NCBI GenBank assembly: GCA_020833025.1
Contig: JAJHRB010000054.1
Span: 1 to 10,617, forward strand
DNA: 10,617 nt
Source of the DNA: Thermoproteaceae archaeon
Lineage (GTDB): Archaea > Thermoproteota > Thermoprotei > Thermoproteales > Thermoproteaceae
Direction of reading: 5' to 3'
In this document: piece after piece, positions 1 to 8,607 of the stretch
Layout: each line of letters begins with the position of its first letter
How positions within the stretch are numbered: the stretch's first letter is position 1
Notes under the pieces: generated by a model
Told to the model about the DNA's origin: nothing
What the model saw: only the letters and a program-made list of their open reading frames with translations
The model's database searches: none
Position numbers and translations under genes: made by a program

Positions 1-749
1 CGCTCCGTGAGGGCTGTCGTGAGGGCCACCGACGCTGCGGAGAACGCAAATATGTACAAGAGGCTCGCCGGGTCTGGCGGGGAGCCGTAAATCAGCGCGC
101 TCCTCCCCAGCTCCGCCAGATGCGTCAGGGGATTGGCGGCGCTCACGGCTCTGAGCCACTCCGGGAAGAACTGTCGCGGAAAGAGCGCCGTGGATGTGAA
201 CATGAGCGGCATTGTTATGAAATTCGCCACGACGCCGGGAGCGTGCACGTCGGCCGCGTTAACCGTCAGCGCGATGAAAAGCGCCGAGAAGCCCGCGCCG
301 GCTGCCGCTAGCGCGGCGATCCACAGAGTAAGCCCCGCGGGGTTAACTGAGTAGCTCGCGCCGAGCGCGGCTCCCGCGGCAATTATCACCGGCACCGTGA
401 GTAGGCCTCTCGTGGTCGCGCCCAGTGCCTTCGCCGCGAAAATTGCCGACTTGGGCACGGGCGCCACCAGCAGCCTCTTCAGGTAGCCAGTCCTTTTGTC
501 AAATATCAAGCTCATCGAGCCGAACATCCCGGCAGACATCATCACGACGGAGGCCATTCCCGGGAGCATGTAGGCCAGGTAGCTGCCCACGCCGAAATAC
601 TGCAGCAGGAGGGCACGGGGCAGCCCGGCGAGGCTGCTCCCGAAGAATGCAACCCACATTAACGGCTGCGCAACTATCATGAGCCACATGTACCTGCTGC
701 GGGCGAGCCTCAGCAGCTCTCGCTTGTACAGCACGTAAATCTGCCCCAT
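1..749 (-). CDS. ABC-2 type exporter permease (DrrB-like), 3' end runs off the window
   Basis: Not in the ORF track because it has no stop in the window. Manual translation from ATG 749 (TGATG overlap with the ATPase stop) gives MGQIYVLYKRELLRLARSRYMWLMIVAQPLMWVAFFG...DKRTGYLKRLLVAPVPKSAIFAAKALG...MFTSTALFPRQFFPEWLRAVSAANPLTHLAELGR, open to position 1. Hydrophobic, with typical ABC-2 membrane motifs. Confidence 0.92.
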   Translation of the reverse strand, partial: MGQIYVLYKRELLRLARSRYMWLMIVAQPLMWVAFFGSSLAGLPRALLLQYFGVGSYLAYMLPGMASVVMMSAGMFGSMSLIFDKRTGYLKRLLVAPVPKSAIFAAKALGATTRGLLTVPVIIAAGAALGASYSVNPAGLTLWIAALAAAGAGFSALFIALTVNAADVHAPGVVANFITMPLMFTSTALFPRQFFPEWLRAVSAANPLTHLAELGRSALIYGSPPDPASLLYIFAFSAASVALTTALTE

Positions 750-1717
750 CACCGTCTCGCCCACCGCACCCGCGCGTATACTCTCCTGATGTCCGCGCGC
801 CCGCTCTCCATCGACGCTCCTGTGAGGCTCATGAAGACGGTGTCGAGGCCGGCCTTCTTGACCCTGACGCTCCTAATGCCGTCTACTGCCCTCACGACGT
901 CCGCCAGCAGCTCCTCGGCCCTCCGCGCCTTAATGACAATCTTGCCGTCCAGCACTATGACCTCGCCGAACTGCCTGAGCATGGAGACGTCGGCAGGCTT
1001 TGATGTCTCGATCTCTATCACGTCAACGCCGTATCTCGCCTTGAGCTCGTCAGGCGTGCCCACTGCCACCACTCTCCCCCTGTTCATGATTGCGACGCGG
1101 CCGCACAGCCTATCGGCCTCCTCAATGTAGTGCGTCGTGAGCAGGACCGTCACGCCGAACTCCCTGCTCACCTGCCTAATAACCTCCCAGAACCCCACTC
1201 TCGCGCCCACGTCAAGGCCCACGGTCGGCTCGTCCATGAACAGGATCTCGGGCCCGTGAATCAGCGCCATGGCGACCTCGAGGCGCTTTCTCATGCCGGT
1301 TGAGAGCTTCCCCGCGGGCCTGCCGGCGGCCTCGACAATGCCGAAGTACCTCAGTAGCTGGAGCGCCCTCTCCCGCCAGTCGCTCACGCCGTGCAGCCTC
1401 GCCTGTATCTCTAGGTTCTCCATAACGGCGAGCTCGTCATCGATTATAATCTCGGAGGATATCCAGCCGATTCTCCGCTTGACCTCTCTGGCCTCCCTCA
1501 CCACGTCAAAGCCGGCCACCAGAGCCCTGCCTGACGTAGGCGGGGTCAGCCCTGTCAAGATCTTTATTGTGGTCGTCTTGCCGGCTCCGTTCGGGCCTAG
1601 CAGGCCGAATATCTCGCCGCGCGCGACGGAGAAGGACGCGCCGTCAAGCGCGAGGACTCTGCCGTAACGCTTCACCAGATTCTCTGCCACTATAACGTCC
1701 GCCACGGCAAGCGGCAT
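749..1717 (-). CDS. ABC transporter ATP-binding protein (DrrA/NodI-like exporter ATPase)
   Basis: Walker A GPNGAGKTT, signature-like LSTGMRKRL, Walker B ILFMDEPT, H-loop LTTHY. The true start may be GTG 1705, which fits the AT-rich box at 1728-1735 better. Confidence 0.95.
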   Translation of the reverse strand: MPLAVADVIVAENLVKRYGRVLALDGASFSVARGEIFGLLGPNGAGKTTTIKILTGLTPPTSGRALVAGFDVVREAREVKRRIGWISSEIIIDDELAVMENLEIQARLHGVSDWRERALQLLRYFGIVEAAGRPAGKLSTGMRKRLEVAMALIHGPEILFMDEPTVGLDVGARVGFWEVIRQVSREFGVTVLLTTHYIEEADRLCGRVAIMNRGRVVAVGTPDELKARYGVDVIEIETSKPADVSMLRQFGEVIVLDGKIVIKARRAEELLADVVRAVDGIRSVRVKKAGLDTVFMSLTGASMESGRADIRRVYARVRWARR

Positions 1718-1726
1718 TACACCCTG

Positions 1727-1743
1727 TTTTATTTAGGTTTTTA
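1727..1743 (-). promoter_or_regulatory. Putative BRE/TATA promoter of the ABC operon
   Basis: Minus strand reads TAAAAACCTAAATAAAA, an AT island in GC-rich DNA about 25-30 nt upstream of GTG 1705. It overlaps the methyltransferase stop codon. Confidence 0.5.
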
Positions 1744-2502
1744 GGAGGAGTTACGCGTCTCGCGCCCAGCCGGCTGCCGCGTCCTCACGGCAATGACTAT
1801 CAGCCTTTCCGAGCCTCTGAAGTACTCGCCGCCGCTGTAGTTGCCGTACACTCTCTCGACCGTCGCGCCAGCGCCTTCCAGCAGCTCGCTTAGCTCGCCG
1901 AGCCCGTAAGTAGTTAATACGAGCGACCTCTCGCTCACGAGCGCGCTTCCCCTGCAAATGCGCCAGACCTCAACGAGGCGCGACCCCCTGCCGTCGCACC
2001 TCACGACGCACTCGACGCGCAGCCCGCCGGCGCGAATCTCGTGCTTCCACGCCCCGCCGGAGATCTCGCACATTGCGGCAGCCCTGTCTTTATTGAGCGC
2101 GTCTATGAGGATTCTGCCCCCGCGCTTGACCGTCCCGGATAGCCAGGTGATGGCCTCCGCCGCGTCGTCCCTCTCGAACAGGTTGATTGTCGAGTGCATG
2201 ATGTAAGCCCCGTGGAATGCCTCCCTCCTGAACGGCAGCAGCCTGACGTCAGCCTGAACGACGTCGCCGTGTGCCTTCGCGATCTTGAGATAGTCGAGGT
2301 TTATGTCAACCCCGACTACAGACCCCGCGGGCATGTATTTCATGTGCCTGCCGCTGCCGCACGCCACGTCAAGGGCCCGCGCGCCGGGTGCTATGTTAAG
2401 GGACGCGCGGACCAGGGCTGCCTCGGCCTCCGTCGCCCTCTCATCCCGGTAGTGCCTGAGGATCTCCAGGTAGAGCCCGTCGAAAAACTCCGCGGGGCTC
2501 AT
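1741..2502 (-). CDS. Class I SAM-dependent methyltransferase (253 aa)
   Basis: Motif I LDVACGSGRH, acidic motif GVDIN, then QADVRLLPF. Start reassigned to ATG 2502 (MSPAEFF), which forms an ATGA overlap with the sua5 stop; the track's 82 extra N-terminal residues overlap sua5 and look spurious. Confidence 0.88.
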   Translation of the reverse strand: MSPAEFFDGLYLEILRHYRDERATEAEAALVRASLNIAPGARALDVACGSGRHMKYMPAGSVVGVDINLDYLKIAKAHGDVVQADVRLLPFRREAFHGAYIMHSTINLFERDDAAEAITWLSGTVKRGGRILIDALNKDRAAAMCEISGGAWKHEIRAGGLRVECVVRCDGRGSRLVEVWRICRGSALVSERSLVLTTYGLGELSELLEGAGATVERVYGNYSGGEYFRGSERLIVIAVRTRQPAGRETRNSS

Positions 2503-3542
2503 AGCAGCGCCTCCGCGATTCTGAGGAGCTCCTCCGGCGTGCGCGCCTCTCTGCGTCCAGACGCCTTCCTCAGCCTGTTCATTAACGCGAGACCGAGGCC
2601 AGCCTCCTCGAGCGCCGGGACGACTCCGATGTCGACCGGCAGCCTGTCGAGAGAGCGCAGCGCGCCGTACAGGTTTCTCGCCGCCTCGTACAAGCTCTCC
2701 CCCAGCTGGAGCGCGCCGTCCGCCTCCGCGCACTTGCCCGCGGCGCATAGCACTGCCACCCTGAGCCCGCGGGATCTGAGCAGCCTGACAGCCTCGGCCA
2801 GCTCGAAGTGCACTATCACGAGGGGCGTCTCCGGCGCGTAGTGCCTATACTTCACCCCCGGCGCGATGGCCACGTCGGCCTCTGCAAGGCCTCGCGCGTA
2901 CGGCGGTATCGCGATGTCGCCGAAGTACTCTCTAAGCTCCTCCGCGGTGAAGGGGCCCGGGCGCAGCAGCACGGGAGGCCTCCTAGTGACGTCTACGATT
3001 GTTGACTCTATGCCCAGAAATGCCGGCCCGCCGTCTATTATCAAGTCGACCTCTCCGTTCAAGTCCTCTATCACGTGCTCCGCCGCTGTCGGGCTCGGCC
3101 GACCCGCCCTGTTCGCGCTGGGCCCGGCTATCGGCGCGCCGAGCTCCCTTATGATGGCCAGCGGAATTGGGTGGGCCGGCGCCCTCACGGCCACCGTGTC
3201 GAGACCCGCCGTCACGCACTTAGAGACGACTCCGCGAGACCTCACGACGACGGTCACGGGCCCCGGCCACACGCGCCTCAGCACCTCGGCGATGTCGCTT
3301 GGTATGTGCCCGACCTCCTCCGCCATTTCCAGCGAGTCGACGTGGACTATCAGCGGGTTGTCTCTCGGCCTCTTCTTGGCACGGAATACCCTCTCGCAGC
3401 CCTCGTCGCTCAGGGCGCTCGAAAAGAGCCCGTAGACTGTCTCCGTCGGCGCTGCGACTATGCCGCCGCGCCTCAGCGTGCGAACTGCCGCGTCTATCAC
3501 GCCGGGGTCGGGCCTCAGGGGATCTGTCTTCAGCACGCGCAT
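2499..3542 (-). CDS. sua5: Threonylcarbamoyl-AMP synthase, Sua5 type (YrdC domain plus C-terminal Sua5 domain)
   Basis: Motifs PTETVYGL, KKRPRDNPLIVHV, WPGPVT, PSANRAGRPSPT, GIESTIVD, LLRPG, linker PGVKYRHYAP. ATG 3542 (MRVLKTDP) is preferred over TTG 3599. Confidence 0.95.
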   Translation of the reverse strand: MRVLKTDPLRPDPGVIDAAVRTLRRGGIVAAPTETVYGLFSSALSDEGCERVFRAKKRPRDNPLIVHVDSLEMAEEVGHIPSDIAEVLRRVWPGPVTVVVRSRGVVSKCVTAGLDTVAVRAPAHPIPLAIIRELGAPIAGPSANRAGRPSPTAAEHVIEDLNGEVDLIIDGGPAFLGIESTIVDVTRRPPVLLRPGPFTAEELREYFGDIAIPPYARGLAEADVAIAPGVKYRHYAPETPLVIVHFELAEAVRLLRSRGLRVAVLCAAGKCAEADGALQLGESLYEAARNLYGALRSLDRLPVDIGVVPALEEAGLGLALMNRLRKASGRREARTPEELLRIAEALL

Positions 3543-3618
3543 GCCCCGGCCTCTCTTAGGGGCGCGCCTTTTGAGGCTTCTCTTGCATTTAGGCGCCAAG
3601 CGCTGCCCTGCCCCGCGC

Positions 3619-3633
3619 CTTAAATACTAAAAA
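3619..3633. promoter_or_regulatory. AT-rich box between divergent sua5 and transporter genes, possible bidirectional TATA region
   Basis: CTTAAATACTAAAAA reads TTAAATA on plus and TTTTTAGTATTTAAG on minus. It is the clearest TATA-like AT island in this intergenic region. Confidence 0.5.
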
Positions 3634-3658
3634 GAGTTGCCTGCGGAAAGCCCCGCCG

Positions 3659-4922
3659 GTGACCGGGAGCGAGCTGTGCGCCGCGGCTATACTGGCAATT
3701 GTCATCGCAGGCATGATCGCTAGGCCGCTGTTTCCCAGGCTGCCGGTCTGGTCGGTCATGTCCCTGGCCGCGTTTATTGCCGTCGTGCCCGGCCCTGTAT
3801 CCGTCGACCAGATACCGGCAATAGTGAACTTCGAGGTGCTGCTGTTCCTGATAGGCATGTTCTCAGTAGTGGCACTTGCCGAGTCTAGCGGCCTCCTTGA
3901 AGCAGTTGCATACTGGTTCCTCGGGCTCTTTCAGACGAGATATCAGGCAGCCGTCGGGGCGTCCCTTCTCTTCGGCCTCCTCGCGGCCATTGCCGTTAAC
4001 GACACGGTCGCGCTGATGGGGCCCCCAATAGCTGCAGCTCTGGCGCGCGCGGCGGGACTGCCGCCAAAGTTCGCGTTCCTCCTGCTCGCCTACTCACTCA
4101 CTATAGGCTCTGTCATGACGCCTATCGGAAACCCGCAGAACATGCTAATAGCCGTTATCTCAAACATGCAGGCCCCCTTCATAACATTTGTCAAGGTCCT
4201 CGCGCTGCTGACGCTCGTAAATCTTGTCATAACGCCGCTCCTCCTCGTCAAGTTGATGCGCGTGAGGAATGCGAGAGTTGCCGTGGTGGTGAGCCCGTGG
4301 GAGGCAATTAGGAACAGGAGGGACGCCATTCTTGCTGCAGTGTGGCTTGCTGCGACAATTGCGGCCATGGTGGCAAACGACGTGGCCGCCATAAGCGGGG
4401 CGCCGCACATACGCAATATAGGCGTGATACCCTTTGTCTCCGCAACGCTCCTCTACTTCCTCGCCAGCAGCCCGCGGGAGGTCGTCTCGCGCGTTGACTG
4501 GGGGGCCGTGCTCTTCTTTGCAACGATGTTCATTGCAATGAGAGCCGTGTGGGACAGCGGTCTGCTCTGGCCGCTGATCTCGGCGGCCCTGCCAGAGTAC
4601 CGCGGAAGCCCGGGAGACTTGCTGGCCATAATCGCCCTGTCTCTTGCGCTGAGCCAAGTGCTGAGCAACGTCCCCTTTGTGAGCCTCTTCTCGTCGCACC
4701 TCCTGCATGTAGGCGCCGACGCTAAGGCATGGCTAGCGCTCGCAATGGCAAGCACAATAGCCGGGAACCTCACACTGCTGGGGGCGGCGTCCAATATAAT
4801 AACTGGAGGTCCTCGAGAGGAAGTACGCGGCCACAATCACGTTTCTTGAGTTCCTGAAGCACGGCGCGCTAGTCACGGCAGTTAACGTGCTTGTCTACCT
4901 GCCGTTCGTCCTGCTCCTCTAG
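3659..4922 (+). pseudogene. ArsB/NhaD (ion transporter superfamily) anion permease, frameshifted near 4802
   Basis: Motifs NDT, GSVMTPIGNPQN, SNVP, AGNLTLLGAASNII. After AAT ATA ATA A (4793-4802) the sensible continuation is in another frame: CTG 4803 LEVLERKYAATITFLEFLKHGALVTAVNVLVYLPFVLLL, ending TAG 4920-4922. The unshifted ORF stops at 4849. Could be a sequencing error. Confidence 0.75.
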
Positions 4923-5612
4923 CGCCCTTCTGAGCTCCCTGAGAAACGCCACCGCCTCCTCCACGGAGCTCTTGAGTCTTCTGAGAAACGCCGTGCCCAC
5001 AACAACGGCGTCAGCCCCGGCCTTGATGACAGCCGCGGCCTTCGACGGGTTGTCTATCGCGAAGCCTGTAACGAGATAGGCGTCGCCGGCGAGCTCTCTG
5101 GCCAGCCTAATGTTCCTCTCGACGTAAACGGGAAGCTCTACTCCCGTCGCAGCATAGAGGCCGAGGTAGATGAACGCGGGCCTCAGCGAGGCCAGACGCC
5201 TGAGGAGCGCGTGGGGGAACTTGCCCGGCAGGAAGAACGCCAGCTCGAGCCCGTGGGCCCTGGAGAGCTCGATATAGCGCTGGAGCTCGCCGGGGTAGTC
5301 TATCAGCAGGTCGGGCGCCAGAACTCCCGCCGCGCCGACCTCTACCGCCGCGCTGAACAGCTCGCCGGGGCTCCCGGCGAAGTCCTCCCAGTACGCCATC
5401 AGGAATGCCTCGCCGCTCACGCGCGCCAGCTTAACGGGCTCTGCCTCCGCGTGAGCCCTCCTTATGAACGGGCCGTCGTACTTCGGGTTCCTGCTCGGCA
5501 GGCCCAGCTCCACGAAGTCCGCAGCCTCCCCGACGGCGCCGAGGGCCCTCATGAACGTGGCGACGTCCGGCCACCCGGCCAGCAGGTAAACGCCGAGGCC
5601 GGGCCTCCTCAC
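4869..5612 (-). CDS. trpA: Tryptophan synthase alpha subunit
   Basis: FVELGLPSRNPKYDGPFIRRAH corresponds to the catalytic Glu/Asp region; also GFAI and ADAVVVGTAF. GTGA overlap with the trpG stop. Confidence 0.92.
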   Translation of the reverse strand: MRRPGLGVYLLAGWPDVATFMRALGAVGEAADFVELGLPSRNPKYDGPFIRRAHAEAEPVKLARVSGEAFLMAYWEDFAGSPGELFSAAVEVGAAGVLAPDLLIDYPGELQRYIELSRAHGLELAFFLPGKFPHALLRRLASLRPAFIYLGLYAATGVELPVYVERNIRLARELAGDAYLVTGFAIDNPSKAAAVIKAGADAVVVGTAFLRRLKSSVEEAVAFLRELRRALEEQDERQVDKHVNCRD

Positions 5613-6190
5613 GGCGTCAAGTCAAGGAAGTTCTTGAATATTCTCTTGCCGTAAGGGGTCGCGACAGACTCAGGGTGGAACTGCACGCCGAATGTCGGAT
5701 GCTCGGCGTGCCTTATTCCCATTATCTCTCCGTCGTCGAGAGACCAGGCCTCCGCGATTAGCGCCGGCGGGAGCTCGTCGACGGCGAGACTGTGGTAGCG
5801 CACTGCAGCGAAGACCTCCGGGACGCCCCGGTACAGCGGGCCGCCCGCGTGGCGCACCACGCTGACCTTCCCGTGCCTCACCGTCCGTGCCCTTCTGATC
5901 CTCGCGCCGAAAACGTGCGCGACTATCTGGTGCCCCAGGCATATGCCGAGAATAGGCGCCCTCCCGCTGAATGCCCTCACTATCTCCGGCGAGTTCCCCG
6001 CGTCGCGCGGGTTCGCGGGATGTCCGGGGCCCGGCGAGATAACAACCCTGTCCGGCCTTATCCTCTCGACGACTCTCACCGTGACCTCGTCATTTCTGAG
6101 CACCACAGGCACGCTGCCCAGCTCGCCGATGTAGTGCGCTATGTTGTACACAAACGAGTCGTAGTTGTCTATTATCAGCGTGAGGTCCAC
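5609..6190 (-). CDS. trpG: Anthranilate synthase component II (glutamine amidotransferase)
   Basis: IDNYDSFVYN, ISPGPG, GICLGHQ (catalytic Cys), RYHSL, QFHPES (His-Glu). Confidence 0.96.
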   Translation of the reverse strand: MDLTLIIDNYDSFVYNIAHYIGELGSVPVVLRNDEVTVRVVERIRPDRVVISPGPGHPANPRDAGNSPEIVRAFSGRAPILGICLGHQIVAHVFGARIRRARTVRHGKVSVVRHAGGPLYRGVPEVFAAVRYHSLAVDELPPALIAEAWSLDDGEIMGIRHAEHPTFGVQFHPESVATPYGKRIFKNFLDLTP

Positions 6191-7476
6191 GGCGCCCCCT
6201 CGATGACGCTTTTCAGCGCCGAGAGCTTTATCTCGGTCTCCTTCAACTCCCTCTCGGGAGTCGAGTCGTACACCACGCCGGCTCCCGCCTGAATTTTAGC
6301 GCTTTCCCCCTGCACTATGATGGACCTGATTATAATTGCAAACTCGAGCAGCGACGGCGCGATGAAGCCGACAGCGCCGGCGTACAGCCCCCGGGGTCTG
6401 TCCTCGAGCTCTGCTATGATCTCCATTGCCCTGACTTTCGGCGCGCCGGAAACCGTGCCCGCCGGGTGTACGGCCAGGAGCGCGTCGACTGGGAGGTACC
6501 GCCTGTCAAGCATGCACCAAACCCGCGACACGATGTGCTGCACCCTGCTGTACTTCTCGACGGCGAACAACTCCTCGACCGCGACAGATCCCAGCCGGCA
6601 GACCCTCCCGATGTCGTTGCGGGCGAGGTCGACCAGCATTATGTGCTCCGCGAGCTCCTTCTCGTCTCTGAGCATGTCTTCCTCCAGTGCGAGGTCCTCG
6701 TCCTCGGTAGAGCCCCTCGGCCTGGTCCCGGCAATCGGGTGCGTCTCCACCCTGCCGTTCTGCACCTTCACGAGGAGCTCAGGCGACGTCCCGATCAGGT
6801 GGACGTCCCGGCACTTTATGAAGTACATGTACGGCGAGGGATTCGAGTCGGCGAGAGCCGTGTAGAGCCTGAAGAGGTTCCCCCTCGCCGTGTACTCAAT
6901 CCACCTGGACAGGACAACTTGCAGCACCTCGCCGCCGGCTATCCTTTCCCTCGCCTCCGCGACCCATTTCATGTACTCGCCGGGGTCGGTCATGTCGACG
7001 GGCCCTCTCACCTCCAGCGCGCCGGGCTGGGCTCTCGCCGCGCGCGGGAGCTCTCCTGCGACGTACCCCCTGCCCAGCAGCCTGTCGTAGATCGCGTAGC
7101 CCTCGGGTATGATAAAAAACGCCGTGGGGAGCCTGCTGTCAACCCTGCCGCGCTTGAGCAGCACGGGCTCGAGGTAGTATGCAGCCTCGTACGTCACCGC
7201 GCCGATCGCGACGCCTCCCCCGAACGGCCCGCCGCCTCGCTCCAGACCGCGCTGGACCTCGTAGAGGGCTTGCTGCAAGTCGGGACCGCTGGAGACATAC
7301 GCCCTCCTCACGCCCCATGCCACGAGCGTGTAGCGGGCCCGCTCGGCAAAGCCCTGTCCGGACTCCAGCAGCGCGACAAAGGGCTCTCCCGACAGGTACA
7401 GCCCGTGCGCTAGCTCGCGCGGGTCAGGCAGCCTCGACAGCGGGACCTTGACCAGGCCCCGGTCGCGGTCGGCCAC
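6175..7476 (-). CDS. trpE: Anthranilate synthase component I
   Basis: LLES and NPSPYM feedback motifs, SPELL, PIAGTRPRG, EHIMLVDLARND, PAGTVSGAPK, GAGVVYDS. GTG 7476 is the only canonical in-frame start upstream of the conserved N-terminus. Confidence 0.96.
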   Translation of the reverse strand: MADRDRGLVKVPLSRLPDPRELAHGLYLSGEPFVALLESGQGFAERARYTLVAWGVRRAYVSSGPDLQQALYEVQRGLERGGGPFGGGVAIGAVTYEAAYYLEPVLLKRGRVDSRLPTAFFIIPEGYAIYDRLLGRGYVAGELPRAARAQPGALEVRGPVDMTDPGEYMKWVAEARERIAGGEVLQVVLSRWIEYTARGNLFRLYTALADSNPSPYMYFIKCRDVHLIGTSPELLVKVQNGRVETHPIAGTRPRGSTEDEDLALEEDMLRDEKELAEHIMLVDLARNDIGRVCRLGSVAVEELFAVEKYSRVQHIVSRVWCMLDRRYLPVDALLAVHPAGTVSGAPKVRAMEIIAELEDRPRGLYAGAVGFIAPSLLEFAIIIRSIIVQGESAKIQAGAGVVYDSTPERELKETEIKLSALKSVIEGAPWTSR

Positions 7477-7487
7477 CCCGAGATCAT
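7410..7487 (-). other. Putative Trp-sensing leader ORF of trpE: MISGWPTATGAWSRSRCRGCLTRAS*
   Basis: ATG ATC TCG GGG TGG; ATG lies 26 nt from the first T of CTTAAAT; TGG 7475-7473 overlaps trpE GTG 7476-7474. Confidence 0.7.
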
Positions 7488-7507
7488 AGCAGCACGGCGG
7501 ACTGCAG

Positions 7508-7520
7508 ATTTAAGCATTTA
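7508..7520 (-). promoter_or_regulatory. TATA/BRE promoter of trpE-trpG-trpA
   Basis: Minus strand TAAATGCTTAAAT within the ~105-bp trpD-trpE gap. Confidence 0.7.
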
Positions 7521-7581
7521 GGCGTGAGGGGCCAGCGCGCCGTAGATAAGAACAGCGCGGCTCCCGCCGGTCTCGGCGCGC

Positions 7582-8577
7582 CTACTGCCAGGATGCCCTG
7601 ACGGCCTCCTCGAGCTTCGCGCGGGCCGCGCCCTCCCTGACGGCCCTCACGGCCAGCTCGTAGCCGTCCCTCAAGTCGCTCACGATGCCCGCGACGTAGA
7701 GAGCAGCAGCAGCGTTAACAGTAATGGCAGCCTCGGCCTCCCTGTGCTCTCCCCGCAGGCCGGCGAGGGCGACCGCAAGAGCCTCCTCTCTAGTCGAGAC
7801 GCGCGGGACGGGGGTTCTCGGAACGCCGAAGTCCTCGGGCTCCACAATGTAGCGCTCCACCCTCCCGCGCCTGACCTCGGCAACCTCAGTCGGCGCCTCG
7901 GCGCTCACCTCGTCTATGCCGGAGCCGTGCACCACGAGCGCGAAGTCCATAACTGCCGACGCGACGCCGGCGACTATGTCGAGCAGGCGCCTGTCGGAGA
8001 CGCCGACAAGCTGGCGCCTCACTAGCCCAGGATTTGCCAGGGGCCCGACTATGTTGAAGACCGTCCTGAAGGGGAGCTGCCTCCTCACGGAGGCCACCCT
8101 GGCAAACGCCGGGTGGTACCTCGGCGCGAAGACGAAGGCGAAGCCAAGGCGCTCGACCATCTCGGCAGCCCTCTCCGGCCCGACGTTGAGGTTGTAGCCC
8201 GCGGCCTCCATGAAGTCCGCGCTCCCGAAGAAGCCCGACGCGGACCTGTTGCCGTGCTTGAGCACCCTGGCGCCCGCGGCTGCGGCAACGATGGCAGCTG
8301 CCGTGGACAGGTTAATTGTCCTGGCCCCGTCGCCTCCCGTGCCTGCCGTGTCTATGGCCTCGACCCTCAGCGGCACCCTCACAGCAGCCTCGCGCGCGAA
8401 CTTGACAAAGCCGGCGACCTCCTCCGCCGTCTCGCCCCTGCAGCGCATTGCGGCCAGCGCCGCGGCGATCTGGACGTCGCTGAGACTGCCGGAAAGCATC
8501 TCCCGCGCGAGGAGGTACGCCTCGTCGGCGGATAAAGCCCTGCCGCCAGCGAGCTTCCTCAGCATCTCTACTGCCAC
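7582..8577 (-). CDS. trpD: Anthranilate phosphoribosyltransferase
   Basis: DTAGTGGDG, NLST, KHGNRSASGFFGSAD, FNIVGPLANP, DEVS. Start is uncertain: GTG 8577 (in the leader motif) or ATG 8565. The track's GTG 8592 lies upstream of the predicted transcription start. Confidence 0.95.
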   Translation of the reverse strand: MAVEMLRKLAGGRALSADEAYLLAREMLSGSLSDVQIAAALAAMRCRGETAEEVAGFVKFAREAAVRVPLRVEAIDTAGTGGDGARTINLSTAAAIVAAAAGARVLKHGNRSASGFFGSADFMEAAGYNLNVGPERAAEMVERLGFAFVFAPRYHPAFARVASVRRQLPFRTVFNIVGPLANPGLVRRQLVGVSDRRLLDIVAGVASAVMDFALVVHGSGIDEVSAEAPTEVAEVRRGRVERYIVEPEDFGVPRTPVPRVSTREEALAVALAGLRGEHREAEAAITVNAAAALYVAGIVSDLRDGYELAVRAVREGAARAKLEEAVRASWQ

Positions 8578-8588
8578 CCCGATGTCAT
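8568..8588 (-). other. Putative Trp-sensing leader ORF of trpD: MTSGWQ*
   Basis: ATG ACA TCG GGG TGG CAG TAG; ATG lies 26 nt from the first T of CTTATAAG; TGG 8576-8574 overlaps the in-frame trpD GTG 8577-8575. Confidence 0.7.
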
Positions 8589-8607
8589 GCACGCGCCGGG
8601 GGCGCCC

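Noticed and set aside
2503-2748. 82-aa N-terminal extension of the methyltransferase in the ORF track
   Set aside because: It overlaps sua5 in another frame; the ATGA-coupled start at 2502 is far more plausible.
2840-2870. Sua5 linker reads PGVKYRHY instead of the usual PGMKYRHY
   Set aside because: A single conservative substitution; no basis for claiming altered function.
3543-3599. TTG-started basic N-terminal extension of Sua5 and two GC hairpins (gcccc/ggggc, gcgcct/aggcgc) in this region
   Set aside because: The extension is low-complexity and not Sua5-like; short GC stems are expected by chance. No tRNA or C/D box motifs were seen.
6317-7413. Long plus-strand ORFs opposite trpE, and similar shadow ORFs opposite sua5, trpA, trpG, trpD and trpB
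   Set aside because: Antisense or alternate-frame shadows typical of GC-rich coding DNA, with no motifs.
7535-7581. 8-bp inverted repeat GCGCGCCG/CGGCGCGC after the trpD stop
   Set aside because: All-GC stem with a 31-nt loop and no U-tract; not significant at this composition.
8565-8580. GGGGTGG as a plain Shine-Dalgarno sequence
   Set aside because: It works for trpD (ATG 8565 is suitably spaced) but not for trpB or trpE, where the needed start lies within or immediately beside the motif. It also does not explain the conserved upstream NTG-ANN-TC or the fixed TATA spacing. It remains a partial alternative for trpD.
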